From contig JAHFQW010000001.1 in the NCBI GenBank assembly GCA_023259115.1, positions 81,937 through 145,936 on the forward strand: a stretch of 64,000 nt of DNA. Direction: 5' to 3'. Every line of letters starts with the position of its first letter. The first letter of the stretch is position 1. The DNA is from an archaeon. Its GTDB lineage: Archaea > Nanobdellota > Nanobdellia > Woesearchaeales > GW2011-AR9. The position numbers and the translations under genes were made by a program. Below the pieces are notes generated by a model, which had not been told where the DNA came from, made no database searches, and saw only the letters and a list, made by a program, of their open reading frames with translations. This document shows, one piece after another, positions 57,401-64,000 of this stretch.

Positions 57401-58076
57401 TGAGATGATGAGTTTTGCAAAAGAGATTCATCTTGGTAAAGTTAAGAGTCAACAAGTGAATGTGAGTGTGTTTGATTATTCAGGGATTTCGGCTTTAACG
57501 CTGGGGCTCAATGGAGTATTAGAGAATGGGGTGTGTTCAAAAGAGAGTAGTCGCTGGAGTTGCGGGTGGAATATGTCGAATTTGAGTTTGGGGAATGCAA
57601 CGTTAATGTTGACTGTTGCGGATGGGGCGAGTGTGGTGCATACTAATCTGACAAATTATACGTTTGTGGTGCAATCCTGTAGTGATTTTATACAAAATGG
57701 GGATGAGGCGGGAGTTGATTGTGATGGTTCTTGTGGTGCTTGTAATGGAAGTGTATCAAGTGCTAATGTGAGTGCGGTGATTGAGGCAACGCCTGTGGCT
57801 GCTGCGGTGGCAGATGTTGCTCAGTCTACGCCTGTGGTAGTGGCAGCACCTGTTGATTCTACTGTGGTGAATAAGGCAGAAGGAGTAGTACCGGTTCAGA
57901 CGGCTTCTGTGAAGAATCAGGAAGTTGGGCAGAGTGCGGATAAAAAAGAAGTTGCAAGTGCGAGTGTGGTGCAAGCAACGGATGAGAGTCAGAAAGAGGG
58001 AGTGTTGTATGTGCTAGGTTTACTGGTTGTGGTATTGAGTGGGTTGTATGTGTTTATGATGCGGGAAGGTCTGTGA
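54471..58076 (+). CDS. Second subtilisin-like serine protease (S8) with sequon-rich extracellular domains and C-terminal TM anchor
   Basis: VCIIDTGVD, HGHGTHVAGIIGS and GTSMATPHVAGA catalytic blocks. N-terminal TM/signal anchor. C-terminal Ala/Val/Pro-rich linker plus hydrophobic helix (LYVLGLLVVVLSGLYVFMM). Contains the 97-nt repeat at 57203-57299. Confidence 0.8.
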   Translation: MVAMGTGGRNHRFIITGFVLVFALFAVVLYHESTTSSLDVTGYVILEDGVRVSTQKMDSSLVTEIRGGDVTPKVVVVLDESASVNTDGVGGGKSQQEFIDQLKQNIVVSDSSSARSGVEDVKKISSSGSSGVDGSSDFALTHTFSSVSAIAGEVTSADGLVELTKNKHVRKILLDYPVSVNLDKSALHINAPRVWNVTLNGSSVDGRGGAVCIIDTGVDYAHAALGGCSAATMQLNGAVEMLSVPVESSHPYSDTMDQTWVIQREGFEHMALHFSKIELEQISSAGDTTDRVYVYDSQNRTVAVYKGISNDMWTPSVLGDMMYVRLVSDGSVSGYGFSVDSIINGTTNVTMDWSGCSKVVGGYDVYNNDANPQDDHGHGTHVAGIIGSTDLTYRGIAPGANIVALKAMSGSGSGYSSDVLAAMEWCTKNKEKFGISVISMSLGCDGGSCPHYQTYCSDDILASAVAGAIAKNISVVVAAGNSGWVDGISSPACINGVIPVGGVNSADEILFNRGKLLRLLAPAQGITSAKLAGGFVALSGTSMATPHVAGAILLLQDYAKRVYGRELTSAEVNVKLIESGKKVYDSRVGLNFSRIDVFAAIGGAEGLSGVNKNVSNSSAVILNETERIGDLSLIVLPVNNSYVSTLLNVSVAARSNVSLYGVWYSVSGDNGSVLLNNSMVWDVSGATSSVENYTLFDSVVVSGWREGSYTLASYVIDREGKEVFVFSTFNVDRTFPRVGNVDYMPVLLYTNTSALFTVIVNESSIDSTLVKLWYTVNGSDWQSGVMSKDMSGRTWGSGAGSEVYTYSLNLTQFAPNSVLQFYVSGSDLAGNVNTSAMGNVTIYEGVNAVVVPPVNAGAAVLTITSPLNGSVVEVGSVISYTGVVENLNVSRVFWNFSSGGSDTVLSGVTQFIDNSVGYNTFCTELSNKTILNSCYISNRIVYNKTGIVVMQVWVNATEGQFAVNTTVVVNDTTAPKIEMMSFAKEIHLGKVKSQQVNVSVFDYSGISALTLGLNGVLENGVCSKESSRWSCGWNMSNLSLGNATLMLTVADGASVVHTNLTNYTFVVQSCSDFIQNGDEAGVDCDGSCGACNGSVSSANVSAVIEATPVAAAVADVAQSTPVVVAAPVDSTVVNKAEGVVPVQTASVKNQEVGQSADKKEVASASVVQATDESQKEGVLYVLGLLVVVLSGLYVFMMREGL
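57203..57299 (+). mobile_element. 97-nt palindromic repeat element, copy C (in frame inside subtilase 54471..58076)
   Basis: See copy A. Confidence 0.6.
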
Positions 58077-58176
58077 AGGGTTCTGAGAAAAATGTAACCA
58101 CTTTATTGTAATAAAAATATAGGAAGATTTATATAGTATATGTTCTTTTTGCCATAAAAATCAATGAGGTTATACT

Positions 58177-59034
58177 ATGACAATTGAACTTGCGGGATAT
58201 GATATGCTTTTGACAAATGCGCTGTATACTACAGATTTTGCTAAAACAGCTCGAGATCAAGAAGGTAATGAAGTTTCTTTAGGAGTGTATGTACTGCCGA
58301 TGGTCTATAGACAGCCAACGGAGGATGCGGTGGTTAATTATTTGATGAAAGAGGCAGGACGTTTAGAGATGGCGGCGAGTTTGCCACCTATTGTTCAGAA
58401 TTCTGTTGCGATAACTCCGGTTGCAAAAATTTTAATGAGTGTACCTCAGTTACGTCAAGATTTGCAGCATGGAGATATGAATTTACTTTCATTTGTACGT
58501 AAGTATACTCCTGCACCGGCTCTTTCTGATCCCTGTTATTTTGTGAAAGTGATGTATGGGATTTTGCCACAAGCAGTGGTTGAGAAGTATAGTGATACTA
58601 CAGAGAAAGAAGATGCACAATGGTATGCACAAGCGCTTACACATTTTCGTTCGATGGGTCTTGGTGAGTTGTTTACGTTACAAATGACACTGGATGAACA
58701 GAGAAAATTGCCTGATAAAACAGTTATTGATATGCTTGTAGGATTAGGAGTATATGGTTCTCCAGCTTTGGAATTGAATAAGCCTATCTATGATAAAAAA
58801 TTAGTGGGAGAATTATTGAATAAGTTATATGAGGGGCTAGAAGGAGAAAATATCTTGACGTTGCGAGATGTGTCAGAGCAGGAATTGCAGCCGTATGCGT
58901 TAGCACCGTTGGAGAAAGTATTAGAACAATCAAGTCGAAATGCTGCTGCACAACACATGGCTGTGATGGGACAGAGAGGGGGAAATGGTGGTGGGCAGCC
59001 GGCGGTTAAGTTGGATTTTGGCAGTCGAAAATAA
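58177..59034 (+). CDS. Hypothetical protein
   Basis: ORF only. Confidence 0.3.
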   Translation: MTIELAGYDMLLTNALYTTDFAKTARDQEGNEVSLGVYVLPMVYRQPTEDAVVNYLMKEAGRLEMAASLPPIVQNSVAITPVAKILMSVPQLRQDLQHGDMNLLSFVRKYTPAPALSDPCYFVKVMYGILPQAVVEKYSDTTEKEDAQWYAQALTHFRSMGLGELFTLQMTLDEQRKLPDKTVIDMLVGLGVYGSPALELNKPIYDKKLVGELLNKLYEGLEGENILTLRDVSEQELQPYALAPLEKVLEQSSRNAAAQHMAVMGQRGGNGGGQPAVKLDFGSRK

Positions 59035-59139
59035 ATAAAGTTATATCTCCCCATGGGAACATCTACTATTAAACTAAAAATTGGAAAATTATCAGCGATT
59101 GGCTCTTCGATTTTAAAAGAAGGGTATTGATTTGAACGA

Positions 59140-59814
59140 TTGGAAGAGAGTTGGCATTTATATTGGGAGATGATGTTTTCTGAGAAGATGATTGATTTTT
59201 CAGCGCAGCATATTGTGTTTACTGAGCCGTCTGTGATTGCGCAATGTGTGGAGGAGAAGGGTGAACGTGATTTTTCGGTGATTCATTCGTTGCTGCCTGC
59301 AGCGTTACAGAAAAGATATGGGGTAGATGTTGTACGAGGGGTGTATGAGCATTGTTTGGCAGGTGTGATAGAGAGCATGAGAAAAGAATTTGGTGATATT
59401 GTAGTTGGACATTATAATAGTGTTGCTGATCGATGTTATGTTTCAGATTTTTTTTATGGAAATGAGGGTAATCCTTTAGCTTGTAATCAAATGGTTACGG
59501 CAGGTCATGAGTTGACACATCGATATATTTATCATAAACGGTTGGAGCATAGTGAATTATCAGATGGACGATGGCTTAGTGATGGAGGACTTGAGGAACA
59601 GTTCTGTTATGCGGTAAAGAGAGGTTATACGTTTTATTTATTTTCTTTGCGTGCGCAAGAGGCAGGATTGAAAGAAGTTCGTGCATCTCAAAAACGTCTT
59701 GTTCCTGAATTGACAACGCTTTTGGAGCCAAGTTCAGTGATTATACATACGGGGAAGACGGTGGGATATTATGCTGTTTGTTTGGATAAATTGAAAAAAC
59801 AGATGGTACCGTAG
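59140..59814 (+). CDS. Hypothetical protein with HExxH motif (possible minimal zinc metallopeptidase)
   Basis: TAGHELTHRYIYH contains HELTH. No other support. Confidence 0.3.
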   Translation: MEESWHLYWEMMFSEKMIDFSAQHIVFTEPSVIAQCVEEKGERDFSVIHSLLPAALQKRYGVDVVRGVYEHCLAGVIESMRKEFGDIVVGHYNSVADRCYVSDFFYGNEGNPLACNQMVTAGHELTHRYIYHKRLEHSELSDGRWLSDGGLEEQFCYAVKRGYTFYLFSLRAQEAGLKEVRASQKRLVPELTTLLEPSSVIIHTGKTVGYYAVCLDKLKKQMVP

Positions 59815-60066
59815 ACTGTGCGGAGATAATGATTGTGAATAATCTATTTTTGGGAGGGATGATTTGATTTTCATGTTTCTTTTGAGGAGATTTAATATTC
59901 CATTAAATTCTTTTGTTTCTTCTGTTCGTGTATCATATAGGATCCGTGTTAGTTTCTCCACCAGTTACGTAAGTTCTGGTGGATTTAGTCAGAAAAGTTG
60001 AGAAAAAGACCGACCAATCCTGCATGGAGTGCCATAAAGGAAAAGAGTCAAAGGCGGGACTAATAT

Positions 60067-60678
60067 TTAATTTATAAAATAACCTGCTTCCTTAATTTTA
60101 TCTGTTATAGATATTAAAGATTTTGGAGTTAATTCTAGATGTAGGTCTGGTCTAAATATATCGTTACCAGTTGGACCCATATCAAATAGTACTATACCTA
60201 ATAAAGATTTTCTTCTTTGACTAACATCTTTTTGGCCATAGACAGTATAGGATAATTCAGTATATGCTCTCCCATCAACAATTAGAATTGCCAGACTTAC
60301 GCCGTTAGGAGCACCAGACCAAGTATAAGGTGCTATTTGTTTGTCTCTTAAAACAGGCTTAGCCCACATAACATCCTCACGTTGATATCCTGCTTCAGCA
60401 ATTTTTCCATAAGGATCTATGTTTTTATCAAGAACACTTTGATCTGACCCATCATTACCATTTGTAGTACAATGAGTTAATAAATTATCAATCCCGTGAA
60501 ATAATTCGCTTTCCCTATTAAAATCAGGAACAGTACGTAAGAGTAAGTAATTTGGCATTTTTTTCCTTAAATTTTCTAATGCTTCATCTAACTTTTTTTG
60601 AAGACTTATTTCTACACCATTTCGATCTTGATGTCGTAATCTGAAAGGATAACCGTCATATACAAAGATATCTGTCAT
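60067..60678 (-). CDS. Hypothetical protein (AT-rich gene)
   Basis: ORF only. Noticeably lower GC than flanking genes. Confidence 0.3.
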   Translation of the reverse strand: MTDIFVYDGYPFRLRHQDRNGVEISLQKKLDEALENLRKKMPNYLLLRTVPDFNRESELFHGIDNLLTHCTTNGNDGSDQSVLDKNIDPYGKIAEAGYQREDVMWAKPVLRDKQIAPYTWSGAPNGVSLAILIVDGRAYTELSYTVYGQKDVSQRRKSLLGIVLFDMGPTGNDIFRPDLHLELTPKSLISITDKIKEAGYFIN

Positions 60679-60773
60679 TTTATTATCATAAAATAAAAGT
60701 AGTATTTAAATCTTTCTATTTATATTAACTTATAAGTAATAACATTATTGTTAAGTCCCGCCTCTTCTATTTT

Positions 60774-61361
60774 TTAGGTCTTTTTCTCAATTGCAACTAA
60801 CACTTGATTGATGAGTTGGAAGTCAGAGGCCATTTGTTTGAACATTTCGGGGTTTCGACCATTGTAGAGGTAGTTGGCGGGGTGGATGATGGGGATTACA
60901 GCGATTTCTTGGTTGTTGATGATTGCGAGGTGGATTTTGCCACGCAGTGTTGTGATGCCGGTTTTGTTGAGGATGCGTTGTGTTGCGAAGTTGCCAATGG
61001 TGATGATGACTTTTGGCTGCATGATGTGGATGAGTTGGTCTAATCGGTCACGGCAATTGTTTACTTCTTCTTTGTTAGGGTTACGGTTGTTTTCAGGATG
61101 ACAGAGAATAGTGTTGGTGATGAAGATGTCTTCACGATTAAGATTGATGGTTGCGAGGAGTTGTTGCAAAATTTGGCCTGAGGCGCCGCAGAAGGGGATG
61201 CCTTGCTTGTCTTCGGTGGCACCGGGCGCTTCGCCGATGAAGAGAATTTTAGAGAGGGGATTGCCGTTGCCAAAGACGACTTGAGAACGAGATTGGCATA
61301 AGGAGGGACATTTCTGGCAGGATTGATATTGTGTTTTGAGACTGTCGAGGGATGGTGGCAT
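60774..61361 (-). CDS. Uracil-DNA glycosylase, family 4 (second paralog)
   Basis: [11 protein letters not shown]...[35 protein letters not shown] are family 4 UDG motifs. Distinct sequence from the 42269 copy. Confidence 0.75.
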   Translation of the reverse strand: MPPSLDSLKTQYQSCQKCPSLCQSRSQVVFGNGNPLSKILFIGEAPGATEDKQGIPFCGASGQILQQLLATINLNREDIFITNTILCHPENNRNPNKEEVNNCRDRLDQLIHIMQPKVIITIGNFATQRILNKTGITTLRGKIHLAIINNQEIAVIPIIHPANYLYNGRNPEMFKQMASDFQLINQVLVAIEKKT

Positions 61362-61483
61362 GTTGTAAATCTAGTTCTAATGGTATTTAATGGTTGCGGG
61401 TTATCTTCATTTTTATATCTGGTTTTTTACTTTTAAAAATTCTTAGCGCAAAGTTTATAAACTATAACTTATAGGCTATAGGT

Positions 61484-61690
61484 ATGTCTACGACAATACA
61501 GGTTAATGACGATACGATGATTTTTTTGAAGAAGTTACGGTTGCAGTACGAGGCGTCTTCGTATGATGCATTGTTACAAATTCTGGTTAAAAAAGATTTG
61601 AAGCCAAAAAAGTCGTTATGGGGTGCGGGAGGGAAGATGACGATGAAAGAGATTCTGTCGGATTTGAGGGATAAACATGACCGATACTAA
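61484..61690 (+). CDS. VapB-like antitoxin (small DNA-binding partner of a PIN toxin)
   Basis: 68-aa ORF overlapping the downstream PIN gene by 14 nt. Typical TA operon architecture. Confidence 0.45.
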   Translation: MSTTIQVNDDTMIFLKKLRLQYEASSYDALLQILVKKDLKPKKSLWGAGGKMTMKEILSDLRDKHDRY

Positions 61691-62069
61691 CTCTGGAGCG
61701 GTGTCTAGGATTATTTGTCTTGATTCTTCTGCGTGGCTGGCGTATTATTTTGCTGAGAATAATGAGGTTAAAGAAATCGTTGATGGTTCTGTGCTTGTGA
61801 TGACTTCTTCATTATGTCTATTTGAGGTAAAGAAACGATTGTTAATTTTGAAAAAAGATTTTAAAGTGCTGCTTGATTTTATTAAACAGCGCGGGGAAAT
61901 AGTTTTTCCGGATGTGGTTATTGTGGAGAGAGCGGCGGAGTTTGCAGTGGAGAAGAAATTGGGAGCGATGGATGCGTTGATTTATGCAACGAGTGTTAGT
62001 TGTAGAGCGAAATTGATTAGCGGGGATAATGATTTTCGTGGTTTGGAGGGAGTGAGGATTATTTCTTGA
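61677..62069 (+). CDS. PIN-domain VapC-like toxin
   Basis: IICLDSSAWLAY (first Asp). ...MDALIYATSV... and C-terminal GDNDF acidic residues fit PIN. ~130 aa. Confidence 0.55.
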   Translation: MTDTNSGAVSRIICLDSSAWLAYYFAENNEVKEIVDGSVLVMTSSLCLFEVKKRLLILKKDFKVLLDFIKQRGEIVFPDVVIVERAAEFAVEKKLGAMDALIYATSVSCRAKLISGDNDFRGLEGVRIIS

Positions 62070-62133
62070 GAGGGGTAGTATTTTTCCAATTCCAATAGTA
62101 ACCTTTATAAAGCATTATTCTGTTTTGAGGTAA

Positions 62134-62334
62134 ATGGATGAAGAAGTGTTCCAGCAGGATGTACCGCAAGGTAAGGTGAAGCGTTTTTTTAAGGAAACGG
62201 CACGTGTGTTACGTATTACGAAGCGGCCCGATTGGCAGGAATATAAGACGTTATTGAAAGTAACGGGAATTGGTATTGGTATTATTGGGGGATTGGGATT
62301 TGCAATTTTCCTGATTAAGCAGTTATTATTTTAG
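62134..62334 (+). CDS. secE: Preprotein translocase subunit SecE (Sec61-gamma)
   Basis: 66-aa protein with a C-terminal single TM helix (GIGIGIIGGLGFAIFLI). Immediately upstream of spt5 as in the conserved archaeal secE-nusG arrangement. Confidence 0.6.
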   Translation: MDEEVFQQDVPQGKVKRFFKETARVLRITKRPDWQEYKTLLKVTGIGIGIIGGLGFAIFLIKQLLF

Positions 62335-62346
62335 AGGTTTAGGCAA

Positions 62347-62814
62347 ATGGAAACACATCTATATGGATTACGAACGGCAGCGAATAGAGAAGACCAAGTG
62401 GTTGATTATTTAGTTTCTAAGTTACATAGCAAAACGTTAGGTGTTTTAGCTGTGATTAAAGCGCATGGGATGCGTGGTTATGTTTTTATTGAGGCGACGT
62501 CTAAAGAGGATGCAGAGACGGCTCTACAAGGTGTGCCGTATGCACGTGGATTGTTACCTGCAGAAATTCCATATCAAGAGATTGAACATATGCTTGAGCA
62601 AGTGAAAGTGGAGATGAATGTTCGCAAGAGTGATATTGTGGAAATTATTTCTGGTCCATTCAAACGGGAAAATGCGAAAGTTATTCGTATCAATCGCCAG
62701 AAAGAAGAGATTGTGGTGGAATTACTTGAATCGGCTGTGCCTATTCCAATTACTGTGAAGATGGATGCGGTGAAAGTTGTGCGTCGAGAGGAGGATGCAC
62801 CGGCAGAAGAGTAA
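62347..62814 (+). CDS. spt5: Transcription elongation factor Spt5 (archaeal NusG) with NGN and KOW domains
   Basis: NGN block HLYGLRTAANREDQV...MRGYVFIEA. KOW block DIVEIISGPFKRENAKVIRIN. Confidence 0.75.
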   Translation: METHLYGLRTAANREDQVVDYLVSKLHSKTLGVLAVIKAHGMRGYVFIEATSKEDAETALQGVPYARGLLPAEIPYQEIEHMLEQVKVEMNVRKSDIVEIISGPFKRENAKVIRINRQKEEIVVELLESAVPIPITVKMDAVKVVRREEDAPAEE

Positions 62815-62823
62815 ATGTAGACG

Positions 62824-63063
62824 ATGACACTAGACGATTTTGTGGGTGCTGCACCTGATGAGGTTGGTTTACGTGCAGCTGATTTTGTGCCGTATTTTGG
62901 CAAGCGAGCGTATGAGACGCGTGTGGCACATTTACGGTTTTCTGAGAAGGCTAGGGTAATTGAGGATAGGATTGATGATTTGGGTTTTCTTCAAGGAACG
63001 TATATGACGGTTGTAGGACTTTGCGCATTTTATGTGTTATCAGTATATTTTCCTTTGAAGTGA
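62824..63063 (+). CDS. Hypothetical 79-aa protein in the position where rpl11 normally follows spt5
   Basis: ORF only. Not L11-like. C-terminal hydrophobic segment. Confidence 0.25.
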   Translation: MTLDDFVGAAPDEVGLRAADFVPYFGKRAYETRVAHLRFSEKARVIEDRIDDLGFLQGTYMTVVGLCAFYVLSVYFPLK

Positions 63064-63169
63064 ATATTCCTAAAAACTTAAATAGGGAACTTGTTTTTGT
63101 GTATTTTATACGGCTGTGATCCAACCTCGCTATCGTTCGGAGGATCACTGCGTATTCACTTGCGTTCAT

Positions 63170-63347
63170 ACGGCTGTGATCTAGTGGTATGATGTGAGCT
63201 TCCCACGCAACTTTTAAGAAAAGTTGCATCAAAACAGGGCCTACGGGTGGTGAGAACGAGCTTAACGGGGAGTTTACGGAAACAGCTTAATGTCCGGGTT
63301 CGATTATGCGTTACGTTTGTAATGCGACGAGAGTCCCGGCAGCCGTA
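63170..63347 (+). tRNA. Candidate multi-intron tRNA (tentative anticodon CCC, Gly) with ~82-nt intron at 37/38 and ~29-nt insertion after the T-loop
   Basis: Hand fold: ACGGCTG-TG-ATCT-AGTGGTA-TGAT-G-TGAGC-TTCCCA[intron]A-GCTTA-ATGT-CCGGG-TTCGATT-[29 nt]-CCCGG-CAGCCGT-A, followed by a T7 run. Acceptor, anticodon and T stems pair. D stem has one mismatch. A1:U72 is unusual for an elongator. Confidence 0.4.
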
Positions 63348-63668
63348 GTTTTTTTCTATTTAAGTTTCACTCCTCATATCTATCTCCTTCACAGCAGGGT
63401 TTGATGTGGTGGCAGTTATTATAGAGGGGTTTGATTAACCATCTAAAATTCCTCAAACCCCTCTAAGAAGTATACCAACGAACCTAATTTTTAATTAAAG
63501 TAGTTATGTTCGTTGTACAAGAAAACAAACAACGATTTGTTTTCTGTACAGAAAATAAGTTGTTTCTTATTTTCTTGTATATACAAAAGCACTAACTATT
63601 TTTGGAATTAATTAGTGCTTTTGGTATACTTTGAATAATTGATGAAAATAGGGTTATTCAAAGTCCTC

Positions 63669-63740
63669 TATAGATAATTCTGCTGATTAGATTATCAGAT
63701 ATAATACAAAAAATTAGCCTAATTAACAGAATTTACTATA
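63669..63740 (+). repeat. Composite intergenic repeat: TAGATAATTCTGC module fused to the module-2 repeat (...AATTAACAGAATTTACTATA)
   Basis: The 5' part matches 43436-43450. The 3' part matches 43595-43642 at ~90%. Confidence 0.5.
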
Positions 63741-63876
63741 CAGATGTATTTCTGTTTGATTGGTTCCATTTCGTGCTGGCATTGTTCGCAGAGGAGGGGC
63801 ATAGATAGTATATTTTCTTTGAGAATTAAAATGTTACGACAGCTTTTTATAGTATTGTGAGGCTCTAGGTGTTTAT

Positions 63877-64000
63877 GGGCGCGTGGCTCAACGGTACTTT
63901 GTTCATATAATCTGGATAAGGCGAAAAAGAGCGCTTCGTTCGCAACGAAGAGGTTTCGGGTTCAAATAGATACAATCAATAAGGTTGTTTGAGAAAGTCC
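63877..64000 (+). tRNA. Candidate tRNA (anticodon CGC, Ala-like) with 32-nt D-loop intron, truncated by window end (probably a further insertion after the T-loop)
   Basis: GGGCGCG-TG-GCTC-AACGGTA-[32 nt]-GAGC-G-CTTCG-TTCGCAA-CGAAG-AGGTT-TCGGG-TTCAAAT-... Perfect D, anticodon and 5' T-stem pairing once the 63897-63928 insertion is removed. 3' T-stem and acceptor strand not found before the window ends. Confidence 0.45.

Noticed and set aside
62824-63063. Ribosomal protein L11 expected after spt5
   Set aside because: The 79-aa ORF lacks the L11 N-terminal GPPLGPALG-type motif and is too short. It is not L11.
1-64000. CRISPR array or cas genes
   Set aside because: No regularly spaced identical direct repeats with unique spacers were seen. 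The repeat families present are dispersed, palindromic and lack constant spacing.

Overview
This 64 kb window looks like an archaeal chromosome segment at roughly 40% GC, probably from a small-genome DPANN-type lineage; that lineage call is an inference. The archaeal core is clear.

- **Ribosomal/RNA polymerase operon:** the canonical minus-strand order S13-S4-S11-RpoD-L18e-L13-S9-RpoN at 11.2-15.2 kb.
- **Other archaeal markers:** RpoL, TFS, SecE-Spt5, archease, and a primase with PriS and PriL-like domains fused in one polypeptide.

Around this core sits a mix of bacterial-type metabolic genes and what looks like an accessory/defence set.

- **Metabolic genes:** cofactor-independent PGM, uridine kinase, RNase D-like, SppA, agmatine deiminase plus N-carbamoylputrescine amidase, an ODC-fold decarboxylase, spermidine synthase, and SpeH-like AdoMetDC.
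- **Accessory/defence-like genes:** MNT-HEPN, VapBC, a PIN gene, a degenerate DUF1016 nuclease, a NACHT-type STAND NTPase, and two family-4 UDGs plus a MutY-like glycosylase.
- **Surface proteins:** several very large secreted or anchored proteins, including two S8 subtilases with N-glycosylation-rich Ig-like tandem repeats and C-terminal membrane anchors.

Three things stand out.

- **In-frame repeat in three genes:** a 97-nt AT-rich palindromic element is present nearly identically, in frame, inside three unrelated secreted-protein genes. It is homologous to a family of mosaic intergenic hairpin repeats that show compensatory stem substitutions.
- **Multi-intron tRNAs:** several tRNA genes carry non-canonical introns. 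An initiator tRNA-Met has an insertion after the T-loop. A second candidate has both a 37/38 intron and a T-loop intron. A third has a D-loop intron.
- **Duplicated 5' cassette:** a 90-nt repeat duplicates the signal-peptide 5' cassette of a giant surface-protein gene upstream of a PIN gene.

No CRISPR array or rRNA gene was seen.
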